From assembly GCA_964582505.1 (NCBI GenBank), contig CAZOSZ010000001.1:1-42829 (forward strand): a stretch of 42,829 bases of DNA. The letters are read 5' to 3'. Below the pieces are notes generated by a model that was not told the origin of the DNA, made no database searches, and saw nothing but the letters and a program-made list of their open reading frames with translations. How positions within the stretch are numbered: the stretch's first letter is position 1; each line of letters begins with the position of its first letter. Positions 36,803-42,829 of the stretch are shown here, one piece after another. The DNA comes from an uncultured Ectothiorhodospiraceae bacterium (GTDB lineage Bacteria; Pseudomonadota; Gammaproteobacteria; Steroidobacterales; XN24). The translations under genes were made by a program, and so were the position numbers.

Positions 36803-37393
36803 ATGCACAAGAAGTTCGCCGTTCTGGCCGCCTCGATGTTCGCGTTCGCGGGCGCCGCCCAGGCCACCGACCTCAATTACAACTACCTCGACATTGGCTA
36901 CACGGTCACCGATATCGACGACATCAGCGTGGATGTGAAGTCCTACGGAATCGCCGGTTCGTTCCTGGTCTCCAACGAGATCTTCGTCTACGGTGGCTAC
37001 ATGGACGGTCAGACCGACCGTTTCTTCGGCGGCCGCATTGACATATCCGGCTACACCCTGGGCCTGGGCTATCGCCTCGGCATCAGCCCGCAGACTGATT
37101 TCAACTTCGGCGCTGCATTCGAGCGCGCCCGGCTGAAGGGCACCGGCGCGCACGCCGGCCTGGGCTCCGAGTCGGACAACGGCTATTCGCTGAGCGTCGG
37201 CGTGCGCCACCTGTTCGCGCCGCAGTTCGAGCTCGGTGCCGCCGTGACCTATGTCGACGTGTTCGACGACGACGACACTGTGCTGTCGGTCGGCGGCCTC
37301 TGGCACATCAACGAGGTCGTCGCAGTGGGCCTGGCCTACGGCGTGGGCAGCGACGCAAGCAGCTACACCGGCAGCGTGCGTTTCAAGTTCTGA
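36803..37393 (+). CDS. Outer-membrane beta-barrel protein (Ax21/OmpP1X-like by resemblance)
   Basis: Signal peptide MHKKFAVLAASMFAFAGAAQA; LNYNYLDIGY, LGLGY, alternating beta-strands; C-terminal Phe (GSVRFKF). Confidence 0.88.
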   Translation: MHKKFAVLAASMFAFAGAAQATDLNYNYLDIGYTVTDIDDISVDVKSYGIAGSFLVSNEIFVYGGYMDGQTDRFFGGRIDISGYTLGLGYRLGISPQTDFNFGAAFERARLKGTGAHAGLGSESDNGYSLSVGVRHLFAPQFELGAAVTYVDVFDDDDTVLSVGGLWHINEVVAVGLAYGVGSDASSYTGSVRFKF

Positions 37394-37427
37394 TCGATAT
37401 CCAGTAATATTCGGATATCACCGACCG

Positions 37428-37460
37428 GGCGGCGGGGAGCGATTCTCCGCCGCCTTTTTT
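37428..37460 (+). terminator. Rho-independent terminator
   Basis: Stem GGCGGCGGGGAG / TTCTCCGCCGCC followed by T6, just downstream of the OMP gene. Confidence 0.88.
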
Positions 37461-37589
37461 CGTGTCGGGGCCTGAAACACGGCCGGTGCGCCCGGCGTCG
37501 AGCTCAAGATTCTGATGCCAGGAATCATTTGCTAGACTCGGTCCATGCGTCGGCGCTGATCGCCCATACCACTCAGCCGGGGCCGGGAA

Positions 37590-39950
37590 ATGGCGGAAGC
37601 AGGAAGCAAAGTCAGGCAGGACGATCCCGCTCGGATCAGGATCCGCAGGGTCCTGGTGGCCTACATCATCGTGGCGAGCCTCTGGATCCTGTTCTCGGAC
37701 CTGGCGGTGTCCTGGCTCTTGGACGCGGAATCCCTGACTGCCACGGTCGGGATGCTCAAGGGACTGGGCTTCGTGGCCGTCACCGCGGCGCTGCTGGGCG
37801 CCTACCTGCGCCGCGAGCAGCGGCGCGCCTTCCGCAGCACCGCGCGGCAGGTCGCGACGGCTGCCGCCCTGCTTGAGCACTTCCGCGCGCTGTCCTCCAG
37901 TGTCAGCGACATCGTGCTGCTGGTCGACGAGCAGGGCCGGATCCTCGAGGCCAACGACGCTGCAGTCGACGTTCTCGGCTGGCACCGCAGGGCGCTGTGC
38001 GAGCGCACTATCGACGACATCGAGATCCGAACCGCGCGCGCCGGCAAGCCGCGTACCCCGTCCTACGCGAGCACCTTTCGCCTTGCCGACGGCCGCATGT
38101 TGTCTGTCGAGGTGGATGTCCTGCAACTGCGAGTGGGCTCGCGAAGCTTGCGCCAGTTTGTCGCACGCAGCAGTGCGGACCTGGAAGACACGCGCTCGGG
38201 GCGCCGCGACCGTTCCTGGGTGGACGTTTTCTTCGACATGCCGTTCATCGGCATGGCGATCACTTCACCGGCCAGCCAGCAATGGGTGCGGTTCAACGAC
38301 CGGCTCTGCGAGATCCTCGGCTACCCGCGTGAGGAACTCGAGCAACTGACCTGGGTGGATGTCACGCATCCGGACGACGTCCGGCAGGACGAGACCCAGT
38401 TCGAGAAAGTCGTACGCGGCGAGACCGACGGCTACCGCAGCGAGAAGCGCTTCGTCCGCAAAGACGGCAGGGTACTGCACGCGGAGATCGATGTCCGCTG
38501 CCGGCGCCTGCCGAGCGGCGCCGTGGACTATTTCGTCGCAACCGTGCAGGACGTCACCGGGCGCGTACTGGCGGCGAGCGCGCTGAGCGACAGCGAAGAG
38601 CGTTTCCGCCTCGCCGTCGAGGAGGCGCCCATTCCCATCATGATCCATGCCGAGGACGGCGAGGTGCTGGCGCTGAGCCGCGCCTGGACCGAGACCAGCG
38701 GCTACGGCATTGACGACATCCCGACACTTGCCCAATGGACGGCACTGGCCTACGGGGAGCGCAGCGCCGAGGTCACGTCGGTCATTGACCGCACCTATGC
38801 CTCGGCGCGGCGCATTCACGAGGGCGTGTTCCGGGTGCGCTGCCGCGATGGCAGCGAGCGTTACTGGGAGTTCAGCTCTATTGCCCTGCCGGCGCTCGCC
38901 GACGGCCGCCGTACTGCAATCAGCATGGCGGCGGACATTACGGATCACAAGCGCGCCGAGGCGGACGCACGACTGCATTCGCAACGCATGGAGCTCGCCC
39001 AGGCGAGCGCGCGGATCGGCACCTGGGACTGCGACATACCGAGCGCGACCTTGCACATGCACCATGGCACGCCGGCGCTGTTCGGCTTCACCCCCGAGCC
39101 GTGCTCGATGTCGCTGTCCACGTACGTCGAGCTGATGCATCCGGAGGATCGCCAGCCCTTCCTGGAGCGGGTCCAGCGCCACCTGGCGCAGGGCGGGGAG
39201 TACTTTTCGAAATACCGCTTCATCTGGCCGGATGGCAGCGTCCACTGGATCGAGGATCGCAGGCTGCTGCACCACGACGAGGCCGGCAGGCCGGTGCGCG
39301 CCTTTGGCATTAACATCGACGTCACGGAGCAGGTCGCGGCCGACGCGCGCATCCGCGAATACATCGCGCGCCTCGAGCGCTCGATGCACGGCACTGTCGA
39401 GGCGATTGCCCATATGGTCGACCTGCGGGATCCTTACACGGCCGGCCACGAGCTGCGGGTCGGCGCGCTGGCCGAGGCCATTGGCCGGGAAATGGGGCTG
39501 GAAGATACGGTCTGCCAGGGGCTGCAGATCACCGGCCGCGTGCACGACATCGGCAAGATCAACATCCCGGCCGAAATCCTGTCAAAGCCCGGCAGGCTCT
39601 CGGAGCTGGAAATGAGCATGGTCAGGACCCACGCGGAGGTCGGTTGGGAGATTCTCAAGGACATCGAGTTCGACTGGCCGGTGGCCGACGTCGTGCGGCA
39701 GCACCACGAGCGCCTCGACGGCAGCGGCTACCCCCGCGGCCTGAAGGGCGAGCAGATCATTCTCGAGGCGCGCATCATGGCGGTGGCCGACGTGGTCGAG
39801 TCGATGGCCTCGCACCGGCCCTACCGCCCGTCCAAGGGCATCGAAGCCGCGCTCGAGGAGATCGAGGACAAGGCCGGTTCGCTGTACGATAAGGCGGTGG
39901 TGGGCGCCTGCACGCGGCTGTTCCGCGAAAAGGGCTTTAAGCTGTCCTGA
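37590..39950 (+). CDS. Membrane-anchored multi-PAS/PAC HD-GYP cyclic di-GMP phosphodiesterase
   Basis: Two N-terminal TMs; PAS/PAC repeats (FNDRLCEILGY..THPDD, MHPEDR..DGSVHW); RDPYTAGH, HDIGK, HHERLDGSGYP, MAVADVVESM. Confidence 0.93.
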   Translation: MAEAGSKVRQDDPARIRIRRVLVAYIIVASLWILFSDLAVSWLLDAESLTATVGMLKGLGFVAVTAALLGAYLRREQRRAFRSTARQVATAAALLEHFRALSSSVSDIVLLVDEQGRILEANDAAVDVLGWHRRALCERTIDDIEIRTARAGKPRTPSYASTFRLADGRMLSVEVDVLQLRVGSRSLRQFVARSSADLEDTRSGRRDRSWVDVFFDMPFIGMAITSPASQQWVRFNDRLCEILGYPREELEQLTWVDVTHPDDVRQDETQFEKVVRGETDGYRSEKRFVRKDGRVLHAEIDVRCRRLPSGAVDYFVATVQDVTGRVLAASALSDSEERFRLAVEEAPIPIMIHAEDGEVLALSRAWTETSGYGIDDIPTLAQWTALAYGERSAEVTSVIDRTYASARRIHEGVFRVRCRDGSERYWEFSSIALPALADGRRTAISMAADITDHKRAEADARLHSQRMELAQASARIGTWDCDIPSATLHMHHGTPALFGFTPEPCSMSLSTYVELMHPEDRQPFLERVQRHLAQGGEYFSKYRFIWPDGSVHWIEDRRLLHHDEAGRPVRAFGINIDVTEQVAADARIREYIARLERSMHGTVEAIAHMVDLRDPYTAGHELRVGALAEAIGREMGLEDTVCQGLQITGRVHDIGKINIPAEILSKPGRLSELEMSMVRTHAEVGWEILKDIEFDWPVADVVRQHHERLDGSGYPRGLKGEQIILEARIMAVADVVESMASHRPYRPSKGIEAALEEIEDKAGSLYDKAVVGACTRLFREKGFKLS

Positions 39951-41098
39951 TGCGTTTCATCCATACCGCTGACTGGCACCTCGGCCGCCAGTTCCACAAT
40001 GTCTCGCTGATCGAGGACCAGCGGCACGTACTCGAGCAGCTGGTGGCGCTCGCCACCGAAGCGGAAGCGGAGGCCCTGATCATTGCCGGCGATGTGTTCG
40101 ACCGTGCGGTGCCCAGCCCCGAAGCGGTAGTGCTGCTCGACGAGTTTCTCGCCGAGACCGTGCTGCACCTCGGCATCCCCGTGCTGATGATTGCCGGCAA
40201 CCACGACAGTGGCCGGCGGCTGGCTTTCGCCTCGGGGCTGCTGTCGCGGGCCGGGCTGCATGTGTTCGGCCGGTACGATGGGCCGCCACGTGCCGTGACG
40301 CTGAGCGACCGGCACGGGCCCGTGCACTTTGTTTCACTGCCCTATGCCGAACCGGCGCTGTTGCGCGAGGCGAGCGGCCAGGCCGAGCTGCACAGCCATC
40401 AGCAGGCAATGGCCTGGCTCGGTGAGGCCGCCCGCGCGGCCATTCCTGCCGGCGAGCGCAGCGTCTGTATCGCACACTGCTTCGTCGCCGGCGGCGCCGA
40501 GAGCGAATCCGAGCGGCCGCTGAGCGTCGGCGGCTCCGCCGCGGTCTCGGCGGAGTGCTTCGCGGGCTTCAGCTATACGGCGCTCGGTCACCTGCACCGG
40601 CCGCAGGCCGTCGGCGAGCGGATCCACTACTCGGGCTCGCTGCTGAAGTATTCTTTCTCGGAGATCCCGCACGCCAAGTCCGTCCAGCTGGTGGAGCTGG
40701 GCCCGGACGCCTCGCTGGACATTCAGCGCGTGCCGCTCCGGCCGCGCCGCGACCTGCGATTGATCGAGGGATTGCTGGCTGAGCTGCTCGAAGGCCCACC
40801 GCCGGGCGAAAACCCGGAAGACTTCCTGCTGGTGCGGCTGACCGACGCTGGCGCGTTGCTCGACCCGATGGGCCGGCTGCGCGAGCTGTATCCCAACGTG
40901 CTGCATCTGGAACGCCCGGCGCTGGAGCGGGCCGCCGCCGCGTCATTGCGGGCGCCGCGCGCCGGCATGGCGGACCGCGAACTGTTCGCGGCCTTCTTCG
41001 AGCAAGTCACCGGTGAAGCGCTGTCGGCCGAGCAGCAGGACGCCCTGCGGGAGCTGCTCGAGGCGATGGCGCGCGAGCGTCGCGAGGCGGCGGAATGA
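39950..41098 (+). CDS. sbcD: Exonuclease SbcCD subunit D
   Basis: HTADWHLG, IAGDVFD, AGNHD, ALGHLH, YSGSLLKYSFSE. Confidence 0.96.
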   Translation: MRFIHTADWHLGRQFHNVSLIEDQRHVLEQLVALATEAEAEALIIAGDVFDRAVPSPEAVVLLDEFLAETVLHLGIPVLMIAGNHDSGRRLAFASGLLSRAGLHVFGRYDGPPRAVTLSDRHGPVHFVSLPYAEPALLREASGQAELHSHQQAMAWLGEAARAAIPAGERSVCIAHCFVAGGAESESERPLSVGGSAAVSAECFAGFSYTALGHLHRPQAVGERIHYSGSLLKYSFSEIPHAKSVQLVELGPDASLDIQRVPLRPRRDLRLIEGLLAELLEGPPPGENPEDFLLVRLTDAGALLDPMGRLRELYPNVLHLERPALERAAAASLRAPRAGMADRELFAAFFEQVTGEALSAEQQDALRELLEAMARERREAAE

Positions 41099-42829
41099 GG
41101 CCGCTGCGGCTCGAACTCGAGGCCTTTGGCGCCTTCGCCGAGCGCCAGGTGCTGGATTTCCGCGCGCTCGGCGAGCAGCGCCTGTTCCTGGTGCATGGCC
41201 CGACCGGCGCCGGCAAGACCACCTTGCTGGATGCGATCTGTTTCGCTTTGTACGGGGATTCCACCGGGGCGGAGCGCGACGCGAGGGGTTTCCGCAGCGA
41301 TTTCGTCGGCCCCGAGCGGATCACCTCGGTGACGCTCGACTTCTCGGTCGGCGAACGCGTCTACCGGGTCACGCGCCAGCCGGAACAGCATCGTGCCAAG
41401 CTGCGCGGCGAAGGCACGACGGTCTCGCCACCGTCCGCCACCCTGTGGGACCAAACCGGGGTCAGAGACGAGAATGGCAGCGACCAAGGCCGGGTGCTGG
41501 CGACGCGTGTCAACCAGGTCACGGAGGAGGTTGCGAACATTCTCGGATTTCGCAGCGAGCAGTTCCGTCAGGTCATCGTGCTGCCACAGGGGCGATTCCG
41601 GGAGTTCCTGCTGGCGAATTCCAGGGACCGTGAGGAAATCCTCAGGCAGCTCTTCGATACTGCCTGGTATGGTCGCATCGAGGAGGCGCTGAAGCAGCGC
41701 AGCCGCGAACTGCAATCCGAGGCTGCGCAACTGCGCACGCGGCGAGCCGCGCTGCTCGGCCAGGCCGAATGCGTCGACGAAGCGGCCGTGGCAGCGCGAC
41801 TCGAGCAACTTGGCAAGGAATTGCGGGTGGCCGAGCAGCGCGCTGCCGAACTGGGCGAGCGAAGCGCCGTGGCGAGTCAGGCGCTGCAGCGTGCCCGGAC
41901 CGAGCACGCGCTGTTCGAACGCCGTGCAGCCGCACAGGCGGGCTTGCAGGCGCTGCTCGACAGGCAGCCGGAGATCGCGACCCAGCGCGCGCGGGCGGAA
42001 GCCGGGCGGCGCGCGTCGGGGCTCGGGGACCTCGCCCAGGCGCTGGATGCGACGCGGCGCACCGCACAGGCGGCGACTGCGGAACTCGAGCGGCTGCGCG
42101 CCGGAGAACACGCGGCGGCTGCAGCGCTGGTGGAAGCCGTCGAGGCCCTGAGGCGCGAGCAGTCGCGCGAAATGGAGCGCGAGGCGCTCAAGGCTCGGGT
42201 CGAGGCGCTGCACGGGATCCGCCCGCTGCTGGAGGAGATGGCCGGTCTGGTGGCCCGGCGGGACACGATGTGGGCAGAGCAGCGCCGCGCGATGGCCGGG
42301 GCGGATCGGGCGATGCAATCGCTGGTGGAGGCCCGCGCGCACGCCGCCGGGCTGCGCCGGGTCCGTGAACTCGGCAGCGCGGCGCTGCTGGCGCGCGAAC
42401 TGAAGCCGGGCGAGCCCTGCCCGGTATGCGGCTCGACCGATCACCCGCAGCCGGCGGCGGACTCTGCCGAAGTGCCCGCGGATGGCGAGCTGCTGGCCGC
42501 CGAGCAGCACGTCGAACAATGCGAGACGGTGCTGGCGGCGGCCGGGCGCGCGCAGCAGCAGGTCGAACGCGATGCCGTCGCGACACAGGCGGGCATCGAG
42601 GCGTTGCGCAGGCAGCTGGGCAAGGATGCCGATGACTCGCTCGACGCGCTGCACAGCGCGCAGCAGGAGTCCGAACGCGTCCAGGTGGAGCACCAGCGTG
42701 CCATGGCCGCGGTGGATCGGGCCACGAAAGCCGAGCGGCTCGCCCGGGAGGCGGAAGTCCGGCTGGCGACCTCACTCGCCGCGGCCGAGGCACGGTACGC
42801 CGTTGCCCGGGACGCGCTGTCGCAGGCCG
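41095..42829 (+). CDS. sbcC: Exonuclease SbcCD subunit C (SMC/Rad50-like), 3' end outside window
   Basis: Absent from the ORF track because there is no stop in the window. ATG 41095 overlaps the sbcD stop. [47 protein letters not shown]; in-frame zinc hook CPVCGS at 42418. Confidence 0.95.
   Translation, partial: MRPLRLELEAFGAFAERQVLDFRALGEQRLFLVHGPTGAGKTTLLDAICFALYGDSTGAERDARGFRSDFVGPERITSVTLDFSVGERVYRVTRQPEQHRAKLRGEGTTVSPPSATLWDQTGVRDENGSDQGRVLATRVNQVTEEVANILGFRSEQFRQVIVLPQGRFREFLLANSRDREEILRQLFDTAWYGRIEEALKQRSRELQSEAAQLRTRRAALLGQAECVDEAAVAARLEQLGKELRVAEQRAAELGERSAVASQALQRARTEHALFERRAAAQAGLQALLDRQPEIATQRARAEAGRRASGLGDLAQALDATRRTAQAATAELERLRAGEHAAAAALVEAVEALRREQSREMEREALKARVEALHGIRPLLEEMAGLVARRDTMWAEQRRAMAGADRAMQSLVEARAHAAGLRRVRELGSAALLARELKPGEPCPVCGSTDHPQPAADSAEVPADGELLAAEQHVEQCETVLAAAGRAQQQVERDAVATQAGIEALRRQLGKDADDSLDALHSAQQESERVQVEHQRAMAAVDRATKAERLAREAEVRLATSLAAAEARYAVARDALSQA

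Noticed and set aside
36803-37393. Linking the Ax21-like OMP to the nearby sulfotransferases as a sulfated signal
   Set aside because: The Ax21 sulfated-ligand claim was retracted. The genes are separated by unrelated loci and the family assignment is only by resemblance.
37396-37419. GATATCC...GGATATC inverted repeat after the OMP stop
   Set aside because: Short stem directly upstream of a clear terminator; no evidence of a separate function.
1-42829. CRISPR array, rRNA/tRNA, IS/transposase, integrase or prophage
   Set aside because: No regularly spaced repeats, cloverleaf or recombinase motifs were seen by eye. The repeated tails are coding and kilobases apart. A small RNA gene could have been missed.

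Overview
GC-rich bacterial chromosomal segment; the gene content and GTAG-type REP elements suggest a Gammaproteobacterium (inference). Positions 1-30626 form one co-directional, tightly packed block. It holds nine MacB/FtsX-type 'duplicated' ABC permease genes of the ADOP type: one cut by the window edge, one degenerate and seven intact. Interspersed cargo genes encode a beta-sandwich protein, a serine hydrolase-M20 peptidase fusion, an ECF-like sigma factor, a VOC protein, a DUF6265-like protein, an MBL-fold hydrolase and an NTF2-containing fusion; most carry signal peptides. The block closes with a single ABC ATPase flanked by REP doublets and a sigma54-type response regulator plus a histidine kinase with no periplasmic sensor domain. 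The permeases are highly divergent, but neighbouring ones share near-identical 3' DNA tails (72/78 nt and 37/40 nt), and the tails often supply the ribosome-binding site of the next gene. Together with internal deletions and two apparent cargo fusions, this suggests a recombination-remodelled permease cassette array serving one ATPase and one signalling pair. This is the best candidate for an undescribed system, but the mechanism is inferred. The remainder has two sulfotransferases, a glycosyltransferase, a Sel1-like/prolyl-4-hydroxylase-like oxygenase, alaX, a cupin, an outer-membrane beta-barrel with a structured leader, a PAS/HD-GYP phosphodiesterase and sbcD-sbcC (truncated). I recognised no rRNA, tRNA, CRISPR, transposase or integrase. 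All family calls come from recognising motifs by eye; no database search was run.
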